64,000 nt of DNA from Clostridia bacterium (GTDB taxonomy: Bacteria > Bacillota > Clostridia > JAAYHZ01), in the NCBI GenBank assembly GCA_050950825.1, contig JBMNIH010000007.1, positions 64,001 to 128,000 of the forward strand, in the 5' to 3' direction. Under the pieces are notes generated by a model. The model was given only the letters and a program-made list of their open reading frames with translations, ran no database searches and was not told the origin of the DNA. A program made the translations under genes and the position numbers. This document shows positions 35,079 to 45,850 of the stretch, piece by piece. Every line of letters starts with the position of its first letter. The stretch's first letter is position 1.

Positions 35079-35426
35079 TTAGATATCAATCCCTTCTACC
35101 GACAATATCGGCAGCGTAAACATAACCGCGGTGTTCGGCTGTGATAAGTCGCCGATAACATTACGTACAATCTTTTTAACGGATTCCACTTGTTCGTCTT
35201 TTAATGCCATAAAAATCGTTATATTCTCCTCTCGATCAAAATCCACTAAAAATCGTAGCGAGCCGAATATGGGGTAATTCTCCATATGCTTTGCCATCTT
35301 GGAGATCATGCCGGTGCTGTTTATGATCGTCGCACCGGAATAACCTTCTTCCAATAAGGTCTCCAGCAAATCATCCAGCTTCTCAACTTTGTTCAATACG
35401 ATTAATAGAAGTTGCAATGACATCAC
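35079..35426 (-). CDS. P-II-like small regulatory protein
   Basis: SGATIINSTG and GDL..PNT..MFTLP motifs; coupled to the antiporter. Confidence 0.65.
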   Translation of the reverse strand: MMSLQLLLIVLNKVEKLDDLLETLLEEGYSGATIINSTGMISKMAKHMENYPIFGSLRFLVDFDREENITIFMALKDEQVESVKKIVRNVIGDLSQPNTAVMFTLPILSVEGIDI

Positions 35427-35584
35427 TCCTAATCCATAAATAATGTATACATTATAGCACTATGAGAAGAAGATTCACAGCTTCATGAAGGGCTTCTATC
35501 CTTAATAAAGGGGCATCGACAGAATCGGTTCGTAACCGGTATGATAAATAAAAAAAAATAAAATCGATACGGGAGGCAAATTCC

Positions 35585-36136
35585 TTGTATTATTCTACCG
35601 AGTATAAATCCCCTATAGGAATTCTTACCCCGGCTTGCGATAAGAGCTGCGAATGTCTTATCGGCCTGTGGGTGAAGGGGCAAAAGTATTACGGAGGCAC
35701 AATAAAAGAAGAATTCATCCGCAATGACGAAATTCCTTTGTTTCATAAAACAAAGGATTGGCTTGACCGCTATTTTAAAGGCGAAAGGCCCGACCCTTCC
35801 GAAATTCCTTTGGCTCCCGAAGGAAGTAAGTTTCGACAAGAGGTATGGAAATTGTTGCGCGAAATTCCCTACGGCAGCGTGACGACATACGGAGATATTG
35901 CAAAAAAAGTGGCGACGAATATGGGCAGAAAAAGCATGTCCGGCCAAGCGATAGGCGGTGCCGTGGGGCACAACCCTATATCAATTATCATTCCCTGTCA
36001 CCGCGTAGTAGGCTCCGACGGGTCTTTGACCGGCTTTGCCTCGGGAATCGAGAATAAAATAAAGCTGCTGAAGCTCGAAGGTGTGGACACCTCTTTGTTT
36101 TTTATTCGGAAAAAGGGCAGTGCGAAAGGGGAATAA
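35585..36136 (+). CDS. ogt: methylated-DNA-[protein]-cysteine S-methyltransferase
   Basis: IPYG..TTYG, NPISIIIPCHRVVG active site; TTG start after GGAGG. Confidence 0.92.
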   Translation: MYYSTEYKSPIGILTPACDKSCECLIGLWVKGQKYYGGTIKEEFIRNDEIPLFHKTKDWLDRYFKGERPDPSEIPLAPEGSKFRQEVWKLLREIPYGSVTTYGDIAKKVATNMGRKSMSGQAIGGAVGHNPISIIIPCHRVVGSDGSLTGFASGIENKIKLLKLEGVDTSLFFIRKKGSAKGE

Positions 36137-36140
36137 AAAC

Positions 36141-37715
36141 ATGATCTACGCGGTCCTATCGGATATCCACGGCAATTATCCCGCTTTTAAGGCGGCGGTT
36201 GACGATGCCAAAGCAAAAGGGGCAAAAGCCTTTCTTCTCCTCGGCGACTATATCCGCGATACGCCGACATTAAACGAGGTTGTGGATACGATGCGAAGCT
36301 TACCGAACCTGACGGCCATATTGGGAAACGGTGATTCGGGTGTTTTGGCTTTTGATAAAACAAGACCCGAGTTTTGCGAGTATGAGCAGATGTTGCCGAG
36401 CTTTTGGACGTTCAAAAACCTATCCGAGGAGAATCTCGAATATTTAAAGTCTCTTCCGAAAACGGCAACGCTTACCCTTTCCTGCGGCAAAAGCCTGCAT
36501 ATGTCCCACAGCATTTCTCTTATCGATCACAGCCCGAGGCTTTCTTGTTTTCGTTCCGGAGATTATGCAAGAAGGATGGAAAAAGCGCCTTTCACATGGG
36601 AAGAAGGTATGAAAGCTATGCAAAAAGCGGCTGAAGAATACGCTCATGAGATTTCAGAATACCCGGGTGATATTTGCCTTTTTGGACATAACCATCTGCC
36701 GTTTTTCGGCAAGGTAGGAGAGAAGCTCCTTCTTAACCCCGGAAGCTGCGGAATGCCTGCCGATTACGATACCCGTGCACCTTATGCCTTGATAGAAGAT
36801 ACGCAAGATTCCGTGGAACTTCGGCTTTGCCGTGCGGAGTATGACGTAGAAGAAGCCTTTCGTGCCGTTCTTGCATTCGACGGCTTTCCCTGCGCTTCGT
36901 TTTGGGGAAAATTACGTGCGGCCATCCTTAAAACGGGGTCCGATATTCCGATGAGCCGTTTTTTGCAGCACGTAAAAAATATCGGCGGCGATGTATTTCC
37001 CTTGGAAAACGACACATGGCGAAAAGCAATCGCCACCTTTGATTTTGACTATACGTGGAATACGGAGGATTGGAGAAGGTTCGGCGAAAGGATGGACCTT
37101 ATGCAACACTACAACGCTCTTGTTGATGAAAACAACGATCCTGCGCGAGATCCCGAGCCTGTTAAGGAATATATGAGCAAATGGGACGGAGAAGCTTTTT
37201 TAGAAGCGATGAATCTTGATGAAAGCAAATCCGTGCTTGAGATCGGTGTAGGGACGGGAAGGCTTGCCCTTCGCGTTATAAGCCGGTGCCGATCTTTTAC
37301 CGGTATTGACATTTCATCGAAAACCGTCGAAAGGGCGAAAGAAAACCTCTCAGGCTTTTCAAATGTCCGTCTACTGTGCGGCGATTATTTAACCTACCCG
37401 TTCTCCGAAACGTTTGATGTTGTGTATTCTTCTCTTACTTTTATGCATATCGAAGATAAAAAATTCGCCGTGGAAAAGACCTATGAATTGTTAAACCTCG
37501 GCGGACGGTTCTTGCTTTCCATTGATAAAAACCGGCAAACGGAGATTGATTTCGGCACCCGTCGTATTCGTGTGTATCCGGATATTCCCGAAACAACGGA
37601 AGCGCTGCTTGCGGATGCCGGGTTTGAGATTGAAAGCCGATGGGAAACGGAATTTGCCTTCATTTTTTCCGCCGCGAAAAAAATCAAGATCAATAAGTCA
37701 AAAAACCCCCTATAA
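36141..37715 (+). CDS. metallophosphoesterase fused to class I SAM-dependent methyltransferase
   Basis: N-terminal SDIHGN, LGD, GHNH, NPGS; C-terminal VLEIGVGTG, GIDIS, FDVV. Confidence 0.8.
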   Translation: MIYAVLSDIHGNYPAFKAAVDDAKAKGAKAFLLLGDYIRDTPTLNEVVDTMRSLPNLTAILGNGDSGVLAFDKTRPEFCEYEQMLPSFWTFKNLSEENLEYLKSLPKTATLTLSCGKSLHMSHSISLIDHSPRLSCFRSGDYARRMEKAPFTWEEGMKAMQKAAEEYAHEISEYPGDICLFGHNHLPFFGKVGEKLLLNPGSCGMPADYDTRAPYALIEDTQDSVELRLCRAEYDVEEAFRAVLAFDGFPCASFWGKLRAAILKTGSDIPMSRFLQHVKNIGGDVFPLENDTWRKAIATFDFDYTWNTEDWRRFGERMDLMQHYNALVDENNDPARDPEPVKEYMSKWDGEAFLEAMNLDESKSVLEIGVGTGRLALRVISRCRSFTGIDISSKTVERAKENLSGFSNVRLLCGDYLTYPFSETFDVVYSSLTFMHIEDKKFAVEKTYELLNLGGRFLLSIDKNRQTEIDFGTRRIRVYPDIPETTEALLADAGFEIESRWETEFAFIFSAAKKIKINKSKNPL

Positions 37716-37794
37716 ACGGACATAAATCTCCATTGTTTATGATATGGCGGTGCTTTAAACTGTAAGAAAAAGGATTTTTAGGACGGATGAAATC

Positions 37795-39648
37795 ATGACC
37801 GAGATGCAATATCAAACCTATTTTTCGAAGCTTTTAGGCTGCTATATCGGCAAAACCATCGGCGGTACGCTGGGCATGCCTTATGAAGGTAACACAAATG
37901 TAAATAATATTACTTATTATGATCCGATCCCTACTTCCGTAGTGGGGAACGATGATGTGGACCTGCAGGTGGTGTGGGTGGAATGCTTGAGAAGACACGG
38001 TCTTCCCGTAAATCGGAAGCATTTGGCGGATGCATGGAGGCATGTTCGTTTTGCTCCGGATGAGTACGGTATTATGCTGAATAATACATTTCAAAACGGA
38101 TTATCCGCTCCCTTATGCGGTTTTTACAACAACAAGTTCTACGCGGGAATGGGAGCCGCGATTCGCAGTGAGTTGTGGGCTTCATTGGCTCCGGGCGATC
38201 CGAAGCTTGCCGTTTCACTTGCAAGAGAAGATGCTTGTACGGACCATTACGGAGACGGAATGGATGCTTGCTTGTTTTTAACCGCTATCGAAAGCGCCGC
38301 TTATGTTGAAGATGATTTTGATAAACTGATTCAAATCGGCTTATCCTTTCTTCCGGCGCAATCTCGCTTTGCCCGAAGCATTATGGATACGCTTCGTTGG
38401 TGGAAGGAGGAAGGGGATTGCTATGCCGTTCGAGATAAGATTTTGGAGAAATACGGTGTAGATAATTGGACGGATGTTTGCATCAACGTAAGCTTCACCG
38501 TGCTGGCTTGGGCGGCAGGCAGCGGAGACTTCGGCAAATCCGTGTGCTTGGCTGTAAATATGGGGTACGACGCCGACTGTACCGCAGCTACTTTAGGTTC
38601 CATCTTAGGAATTATCAATCCCGACGGTATCGATGAAAAGTGGACAAAGCCCATCGGCAACCGGCTGATTTTGTCGCCGAATATCGTGGGAATGCATACG
38701 GTAAAAACCGTAGCGGAATTTTGTGACCAAATCACCGCATTGGCGGTAGAGGTGCAAGAATACTACAATTCGTCGATAAGAATTATAGGTTGCCCTCCCT
38801 TGGAAAACGCACGAAAGAACATGGCAAAGCCTTGGATGAATAAACCGGAGCTTGTAGGATTAAAGGAAGGATACGACAACCGAGAAAGCTTGTTATCGCT
38901 TTCACCCCTTCTAATCAATTTACGGTATCCCGAATCCGTGGCACTTCTTCCGAATCTATGGAACGCCTTTGAAGCGGAAATTACCAATCCTTCCGATGTT
39001 TTAACCAAAGTACATCTGCACCTTTGCGTGCCGGACGGATTTCACCTTTCGGAGGACCGGTTTTCCATGGAATTGCATCCCTCGGAGAAGAAGAAAATTC
39101 GGTTTGATATCCGCTACGACAGCGGAAATGAAAAGAAAAGCTTTAACTCCTTGGATTTTCGAATGCAAGTGAACGGCCTTATCTTTAACGTAACCGCAGG
39201 ACTGCCTACGGCGTATCCGTGGATTCGTAAAAAAGGCAAATATTCATCGAAATTATGTCCCGCATTGGACCTAAAGGAGGATTTTGAATTTGCTCCGTCA
39301 AATGCCTTCTTCCAAACGGTACCTCCCGGAGAATACATTTATGCTATCGATGTAAAAGCCGATGTGACTCGGAATGCGGTTATTGTATGCCAAGGTACTC
39401 GTGAAATGAAGATTTGGATGAACGGGGAGTTCCTTTATACATTCGACGGAACGGAATATGTTCCTGCGGTTCACCGATCGAAGGTACATCGCACCGTACT
39501 TCCGAATCGGTGGAACCGTATTATCATTAAGGTAACGGGCTATGAAGAACCGGGCGAACTGTTTTTCGGCATTGCAGATCCTTCTACTTGGCGGTGGTCG
39601 GAAGGATTGGAATGGCGCAATCCGTTTTGGAATGAAGAATATATGTAG
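37795..39648 (+). CDS. ADP-ribosylglycohydrolase family protein with C-terminal beta-rich domains
   Basis: GK.IGGTLG.P.E, NDDVD, GAAIR, GYDADCT motifs. Confidence 0.82.
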   Translation: MTEMQYQTYFSKLLGCYIGKTIGGTLGMPYEGNTNVNNITYYDPIPTSVVGNDDVDLQVVWVECLRRHGLPVNRKHLADAWRHVRFAPDEYGIMLNNTFQNGLSAPLCGFYNNKFYAGMGAAIRSELWASLAPGDPKLAVSLAREDACTDHYGDGMDACLFLTAIESAAYVEDDFDKLIQIGLSFLPAQSRFARSIMDTLRWWKEEGDCYAVRDKILEKYGVDNWTDVCINVSFTVLAWAAGSGDFGKSVCLAVNMGYDADCTAATLGSILGIINPDGIDEKWTKPIGNRLILSPNIVGMHTVKTVAEFCDQITALAVEVQEYYNSSIRIIGCPPLENARKNMAKPWMNKPELVGLKEGYDNRESLLSLSPLLINLRYPESVALLPNLWNAFEAEITNPSDVLTKVHLHLCVPDGFHLSEDRFSMELHPSEKKKIRFDIRYDSGNEKKSFNSLDFRMQVNGLIFNVTAGLPTAYPWIRKKGKYSSKLCPALDLKEDFEFAPSNAFFQTVPPGEYIYAIDVKADVTRNAVIVCQGTREMKIWMNGEFLYTFDGTEYVPAVHRSKVHRTVLPNRWNRIIIKVTGYEEPGELFFGIADPSTWRWSEGLEWRNPFWNEEYM

Positions 39649-39777
39649 GCAGAGTATTCACATAAACAAGTACGAGGTATACGGTTTGACAGCCTAAACA
39701 TTGTGATAGCGTTCTTCCCGGCGGGCCGGAGCTTACCCGAAAGGCAAAGCTCTCTACAATATGCGTTGTCACAATGA

Positions 39778-40347
39778 ATTGTCGTCACCGCACCAACCTG
39801 TGGAAGCAGCGGAGTTGTTGCTTCGGTGTTGTACTATATGCGACACGACAGAGGCTACGACGAGGATGAAATAATCGATGCACTTGCAGTCGCCGGCCCT
39901 ATAGGCAATATTATCCGTACAAATGCCGGCGTTTCGGGTGCACAATGCGGCTGCCAAGATGAAATAGGCAGTGCTTGTTCAATGGCAGCAGCAGGGCTTG
40001 CCTCTCTTCAAGGATTATCAATTGACGAAATTGAATACTCTGCCGAAGTTGCCATGGAGCATCATTTAGGACTCACCTGTGATCCGGTTAACGGCCTTGT
40101 TCAAATTCCCTGTATTGAGCGAAATACAGTTGCGGCTATGAGAGCGGTTAACGCCGTGAATCTTTCCCGATTTTTATCCAAAACAAGACGAATTTCTTTT
40201 GACGAAGTAATCGCCACAATGTACGAAACCGGAATTGATATGAACGAAAAATACAAAGAAACAGCCCATGGTGGACTTGCTCAGATATATAACAGCTATC
40301 AAAGATCCGGCGCAGAGTTTTGCGAAGGTTTCTACATAAAAGAGTAA
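39778..40347 (+). pseudogene. sdaA: L-serine dehydratase (Fe-S type) C-terminal fragment
   Basis: IVVTAPTCGSSGV, GCQ.E.G.A, MEHHLGLTCDPV.GLVQIPCIERN; preceded by an in-frame stop, N-terminal half absent. Confidence 0.8.
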
Positions 40348-40491
40348 AAGTAGGGTTTTCATGCTTCTATTCCGCCTTCGATATACGCTTAAATATATCG
40401 CTCGAGCGTAGGTGCCGAGACGGTTCCTTAACTGTACTACTTCCCTTTTATGATCCTGTCGCACGTTCAATAGGACATTTTTTTGTAATGA

Positions 40492-41331
40492 TTACACCGG
40501 ATTGGGAGATGCCGGTTTTTTGTGGATTTTTCGGAATTGACCGGGAGTCATGCCCGAGTACTCTCGAAACAAGGCATAGAATTGCTTTTGGTCGTTGATG
40601 CCGACTTGGTTACAAATGGAGGCAACCGTTTCCTCTGTTGAAAGAAGGAGGTCTACGGCGGTTTTTATCCGTCTGTCTTTGATGTATTTTGAAAAACTTA
40701 TGCCAACGTTTTTCTTAAACAACCTGCTGAAATACGAGGGGTTGAAATTAAAATGATTGGCTGTTTCATATAGGGTGGTATCCATGCTCGTCTCCTCCAA
40801 ATAATTAAGAATTGCAGCGGTCATGGATGAAGAAGATGACTTGAATTCATTGTATGTGAAACGAAACAGAAGCGTTATTAAAATAGCGATATAACTCTTT
40901 AAGACGGATCGATAGCCCGGTTTCTTTTCTTGGTGTTCCTTTTCTATTTTAAATAAAATATCTTCGGCTTCCAATATTGCTCGTCCTGAAAGATGGATCA
41001 ATTTCGGGAGCTGCGGTTCTTCCGGGCGAATATCTTCGAAACCTTCGATTATTTGGGGCAGGAAAACACAGTTTAAAATCTCGAGATGATCGATGGAATG
41101 AATGGAATGACTGTCTCCGATATTGAGAAACAAGACATCCCCGCGTTTTACAAAGTAATCTTTCCCATTAATATTCTGTTTTCCTGTTCCGGATATAATA
41201 TATTCGATTTCGATAAATTGATGGGTGTGGAGAGGCTCGGTACACCAGCCGTCTCGCACCACGATAACCGAATCCATGGGGTCGGCTGACGTCGAATAAG
41301 CTCGTACCATCTCAATATCCCAAACGTGCAT
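40492..41331 (-). CDS. AraC family transcriptional regulator
   Basis: Cupin LHTHQFIE; C-terminal YFSRLFKK, F....GMTP..FR. Confidence 0.92.
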   Translation of the reverse strand: MHVWDIEMVRAYSTSADPMDSVIVVRDGWCTEPLHTHQFIEIEYIISGTGKQNINGKDYFVKRGDVLFLNIGDSHSIHSIDHLEILNCVFLPQIIEGFEDIRPEEPQLPKLIHLSGRAILEAEDILFKIEKEHQEKKPGYRSVLKSYIAILITLLFRFTYNEFKSSSSSMTAAILNYLEETSMDTTLYETANHFNFNPSYFSRLFKKNVGISFSKYIKDRRIKTAVDLLLSTEETVASICNQVGINDQKQFYALFREYSGMTPGQFRKIHKKPASPNPV

Positions 41332-41362
41332 AGAAATCCTCCTTTTTTACATCCGATTTTTT

Positions 41363-43273
41363 TTAATTTTCTATGACAAGCTTTCGGTTTTTTATGTATG
41401 CACAGGGCCCGTCTTCGATCAATTCCGCTTCTCCTTTTCGGTTATATTTTACGGTTTTAGGAGAAATAAATTTATCGATTCTTCCTATTACGCCGCTGCC
41501 GTTTATTAAGGGAACGATGATATAAAGCTTAAAATCATCGTTGTCGGCAAGTCGTACCTCTATACTTTCACCGGATTTTATAATCCTTACTTCTTTGCTG
41601 AAATGTTCGTATACGGCAAACTCATCCCCCTCCAAGCCGACTACGTCGGTTTTAGATATGCTTCCTTCCACAGGTTTGTTTTCTTCGCTCAAGTTGAAAG
41701 CGGCAACAATTCCGCAGTTGTTGCACATATTTTGAAGCTTGAAAATCCGACCGGAGGTCAAAGGATCCACTGTTAAACAATCCTTTGCGGGAACGGCAAG
41801 CCGGTCGCAGCGCAAGATTCTTCCGTCTTCGAATACCAAGGGCCTTAAAATATCCGCATTGCTTCGATTCAAGGCGTCGCTAATGTAGATAGGCCCTCCG
41901 CTTATTGCTCGCAATACGCTGTTTTTTAGCGCTTGGCTGTCATCCGTCCACCACATATCCCAGTCGCAGTAATAAAATTGGCCTTGTATGAGGGTGTTAT
42001 AGGCGCATTGCAGAATATGCTTGGAAAACCATTCGCGATTTTCCGGCTGAAAATCATCGCTACAACGTGAAATCGGGCTGATGTTTCGGTTCCACATGTC
42101 CTCGCTTGCCATACCCATGCAGTTTATCATCCGGTTGTCGAAATGACGGCCTACGGATGCTTCGATTGCATTATGGTACTGCCTCGCTGCTTTACCTACG
42201 GGAGCAAGGCCTTTATAAAATCTTCGAGTCATGCTTTGGTTGTCTATCTTTACAAATTCCGCTCCGCAGCTTTGCAAATAATCGTGGAATGCGCTGTAAA
42301 AGAGGTACGCTTTCCCTTCTTCATACGTGGGAATAAACGTACCTTGCGGGGTTTGAATCAGCAAATCCTTGTAGTCGCGATAGATTTCCCCGTCGGGAGA
42401 TACTCCCGCCCAATATCCGGTGGCGGGATGCCACATGCCGACCTTTATACCGAATTCATTAACCTTTTCGATACATGCTTTTAATCCGTTAGGGAAACGT
42501 TTCGGATCCGCCTTAAACGAATACAGCTTCGAAGAGTGCATCAAGCGGAACATTTCCGACCGATTTCGGTAAGTCATGTTATAAAAGTCCCGGACTTCCG
42601 CCCACATGTCGTCTAAAATGATCCATTTGACCGGGATACCCTTCTTTCGAAATTCTCTGCACTTTTCGATAATGCCGGTTTCATCGACTCGAATTTCAAA
42701 TGCATCCCAGCTGCACCAGCCAAGGTATTCGAAAATTTCAGGATATCGGCGTTCTTTTCGGAGTCTGCATCCGTTATTAAGCAGCTTCAAACAGACTTCG
42801 GCGCATTTTTCAATTAACTCGTACGGGTTAGCCCCTTCCGCCCAAGCAAAGGCAAGTCCTTTGCAGGTATTCATTTTTTCAAACCAACTGAAAAGCTTGG
42901 CTTGTACAAATCCTTCCGAACAACCGGAAAGCACGCATTTGTACTGTTCGGAAACAACCGGAAGCACCGCACCGTAAGTACCGTCATTTTTTTCGTAAAC
43001 GAGACCTTGTGTTTCATTCGGTATATCCTTAAAATCCGTACCGAACTCCGGACGGCACCAATATTCGGAATGTCTGAAATCCGCCATCCAAGACTTAACG
43101 TCCTCTATTGTAAATTCAATTGCCGCTCCAAGGTCACTGTCTAAGGGCCGGTTAGAAAATCCGTCAATGTAAACCGCACATACGTCGTTTATCCGTTCTT
43201 CATAAACTCGGACATGATAATCCTGCTTGGTTTGGTCAACGGTGTTTAAATAAACGTTTAACAGCTTTACCAT
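41363..43273 (-). CDS. Sip1/raffinose synthase-type alpha-galactosidase (GH36)
   Basis: GWCSWDAF, ILDDMW, FVKIDNQ, RCSDDF, DWDMW, RAISGGPIYISD. Confidence 0.88.
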   Translation of the reverse strand: MVKLLNVYLNTVDQTKQDYHVRVYEERINDVCAVYIDGFSNRPLDSDLGAAIEFTIEDVKSWMADFRHSEYWCRPEFGTDFKDIPNETQGLVYEKNDGTYGAVLPVVSEQYKCVLSGCSEGFVQAKLFSWFEKMNTCKGLAFAWAEGANPYELIEKCAEVCLKLLNNGCRLRKERRYPEIFEYLGWCSWDAFEIRVDETGIIEKCREFRKKGIPVKWIILDDMWAEVRDFYNMTYRNRSEMFRLMHSSKLYSFKADPKRFPNGLKACIEKVNEFGIKVGMWHPATGYWAGVSPDGEIYRDYKDLLIQTPQGTFIPTYEEGKAYLFYSAFHDYLQSCGAEFVKIDNQSMTRRFYKGLAPVGKAARQYHNAIEASVGRHFDNRMINCMGMASEDMWNRNISPISRCSDDFQPENREWFSKHILQCAYNTLIQGQFYYCDWDMWWTDDSQALKNSVLRAISGGPIYISDALNRSNADILRPLVFEDGRILRCDRLAVPAKDCLTVDPLTSGRIFKLQNMCNNCGIVAAFNLSEENKPVEGSISKTDVVGLEGDEFAVYEHFSKEVRIIKSGESIEVRLADNDDFKLYIIVPLINGSGVIGRIDKFISPKTVKYNRKGEAELIEDGPCAYIKNRKLVIEN

Positions 43274-43458
43274 AGAAACATCCCTTTTTTTAAAATATGC
43301 CGGACGACTTTATTCCCATTTACAATATAACATAATGTATCATCGATTAACGGGATAAAGAACAATTTTAAATATTGGTACTTCTCTTTTCTCATTTTAT
43401 TATTAAGTATAGAATGTATGTAGCATTTGAATGAATCCTATCAAAGGGGGATGAAGAA

Positions 43459-45768
43459 ATGAGCTTTGAAACGGTTGTGGCGCTAAACGGAGATTATAAG
43501 CTGTATTATCTTCATGACAAGCGCTTGAAAAGTAGCGATCCTTATACAATTGCCGAATTATTGGAATCGGCGGAAAACGTAATCCCGGCTACGGTTCCGG
43601 GAAACGTGGAAATCGATATGATGAAGGAGGGGATAATCCCCGACCCTTATATCGGGCTCAATCTTTTGGATATGGAAATGTACGAATATTATCATTTCGT
43701 GTACGTCAAAGAGTTTGAATATCCGGAAAATCCGACGGGTGACGAGCTTTTCCGATTTGAGGGTGTAGATACCTTTGCAAGCTATTATCTTAACGGAGAA
43801 CGGATTGCAAGCACGGACAATATGCTTATCGAGCATGTATTTCCCGCTAAGGGGCTCAGGAAGGGAAAAAATACGTTAATTGTGCATATTGAGCCCACGG
43901 TATTGCGGGCAAGAGAGAATGAATATACCCTTTTGAATATTGCCCATAAATACAATTACGATTTGCTGTTCGTCAGGAAAACGGCATCCATGTACGGATG
44001 GGACATTTTTCCCCGATTGGTTTCGGCGGGAATTTGGCGTCCGGTGAGCATTATTCGAAGGCCGGCGATTCGGTTTACCCAAGTCTATTTATATACCCGC
44101 AGTGTAAATGAAACCGCAGCGCATCTTACTCTATTCTATGAAGTTGAGCTTCAAAGAGAACAAGCCGATGAATTCAAAGTCGACGTAATCGGAGAATGCG
44201 AAGGGCATACCTTCAGCGCCCAATCTCGCGTTTGGGGAAAATGCTGCAGAATCGATTTTACCGTCGATAACCCCAAGCTTTGGTGGCCCAAAGGATACGG
44301 AGAACAGAGCCTGTATGATGTGACCGTTTCATTAAAGCAAAACGATATTGTCCTAGATACGGAACGCTTTCAAACCGGAATCCGTACGGTGACGCTGGAT
44401 AGAACATCGACGGTAAATCCGGACGGTACCGGCGGGAAATTCGTCTTCATTATCAATAACAAGCCGATTTTCATATTGGGAACAAACTGGGTACCGCCCG
44501 ACGCCATTCCTTCTTTAGGAGACAAACGAGCGGCGGAAATCTTGGAGCTTACGGACGATATCGGCTGCAATGCCATTCGTATCTGGGGCGGAGGCCGGTA
44601 TGAAAAGGACGAGTTTTACGATTTGTGCGATAAAAAGGGTATTCTCGTATGGCATGATTTTATGATGGCCTGCGGAAATTACCCCCAGACGGAAGAATTC
44701 CAAAAGGCCTTTGCTGCAGAGGCAAAGCAAATCGTTCGAAAGCTGAGGCACCACCCCTCCATTATGCTTTGGGCGGGAGATAACGAGTGCGACCCTCCCT
44801 ATAGACGCATGATCAATTTCACAAATCCCAATGACAATATCGTGACTCGAAAAACGCTTTATTATCTGCTACTGAACGAAGATTTTACGAGGCCTTATCT
44901 GCCTTCATCCCCGTATTTCGACGAAGAATGCTACAAAAGGGGCATTGAGCTTGCCAGTGAAAATCACCTTTGGGGACCGAGAAGATATTATAAAGGCGAT
45001 TTCTATAAAAAAGCACCGGCGGTTTTCGCCAGCGAGATCGGTTACCACGGATGTCCGTCTTACGAATCCATAAAGAAATTTATTACAGAGGAAGCTTTAT
45101 GGCCCTTTGATAATAACAAGGAATGGATTCTCCACGCTTCTTCGCCGGATCCTACCCTTGGCGAGCCCTATTCCTATCGAATTGCTCTGATGGCAAACCA
45201 AGTGAAGGAGATGTTCGGCGAATTGCCGGATAATCTTTATGAATTTGCGTTGGTCAGCCAGTTCGTGCAGGCGGAAGCGAAAAAGTATTTTGTGGAACGC
45301 TTCCGATTCAAAAAACCGCAACGAAGCGGTGTCATATGGTGGAATATCTGCGACGGATGGCCTCAATTCTCGGATGCGGTTGTGGATTATTACTACACGA
45401 AAAAATTGGCTTACAGCTATATCAAGCGCTCGCAGCAGCCTTTATGCCTTATGGTCGATGACGAAGGCGATGAGCTCGTCTTAGTCGGTGTCAACGATAC
45501 ATTAAAGGATACGGAAGTAGAATTTACGGTAAAAAGCGCCGAAGACGGAAGAATGATCACATATGGAAAAGGGACCGTCGGAACCGAAAAGGCGATACCT
45601 CTTGCCAAGATACCGGCGCCGGACAAACAGGATATGTTCATCATCGAATGGAGCTCCGGAGAGCAAAAAGGTATGAATACGTATCTGTACGGGCAACCCA
45701 CCTTCGATTACAGGAAATACAAAGAATGGATTGAAAAGCATCATCTTTTGGAAGTATACGGATTTTAA
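43459..45768 (+). CDS. glycoside hydrolase family 2, beta-mannosidase-like
   Basis: FEGVDT, YGWD, G.NWVP, RIWGGG.YE, HHPSI.LW.G.NE, SEIG. Confidence 0.88.
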   Translation: MSFETVVALNGDYKLYYLHDKRLKSSDPYTIAELLESAENVIPATVPGNVEIDMMKEGIIPDPYIGLNLLDMEMYEYYHFVYVKEFEYPENPTGDELFRFEGVDTFASYYLNGERIASTDNMLIEHVFPAKGLRKGKNTLIVHIEPTVLRARENEYTLLNIAHKYNYDLLFVRKTASMYGWDIFPRLVSAGIWRPVSIIRRPAIRFTQVYLYTRSVNETAAHLTLFYEVELQREQADEFKVDVIGECEGHTFSAQSRVWGKCCRIDFTVDNPKLWWPKGYGEQSLYDVTVSLKQNDIVLDTERFQTGIRTVTLDRTSTVNPDGTGGKFVFIINNKPIFILGTNWVPPDAIPSLGDKRAAEILELTDDIGCNAIRIWGGGRYEKDEFYDLCDKKGILVWHDFMMACGNYPQTEEFQKAFAAEAKQIVRKLRHHPSIMLWAGDNECDPPYRRMINFTNPNDNIVTRKTLYYLLLNEDFTRPYLPSSPYFDEECYKRGIELASENHLWGPRRYYKGDFYKKAPAVFASEIGYHGCPSYESIKKFITEEALWPFDNNKEWILHASSPDPTLGEPYSYRIALMANQVKEMFGELPDNLYEFALVSQFVQAEAKKYFVERFRFKKPQRSGVIWWNICDGWPQFSDAVVDYYYTKKLAYSYIKRSQQPLCLMVDDEGDELVLVGVNDTLKDTEVEFTVKSAEDGRMITYGKGTVGTEKAIPLAKIPAPDKQDMFIIEWSSGEQKGMNTYLYGQPTFDYRKYKEWIEKHHLLEVYGF

Positions 45769-45779
45769 TTATGAATGAC

Positions 45780-45819
45780 ATATCCGGCCTCTATATCAAG
45801 GGATAAGGAGGCCGGATAT
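45780..45819. terminator. hairpin between convergent genes
   Basis: ATATCCGGCCTC/GAGGCCGGATAT inverted repeat. Confidence 0.65.
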
Positions 45820-45850
45820 ATAAGCGGCAAGAGAATTTCGCAAAAAACCA

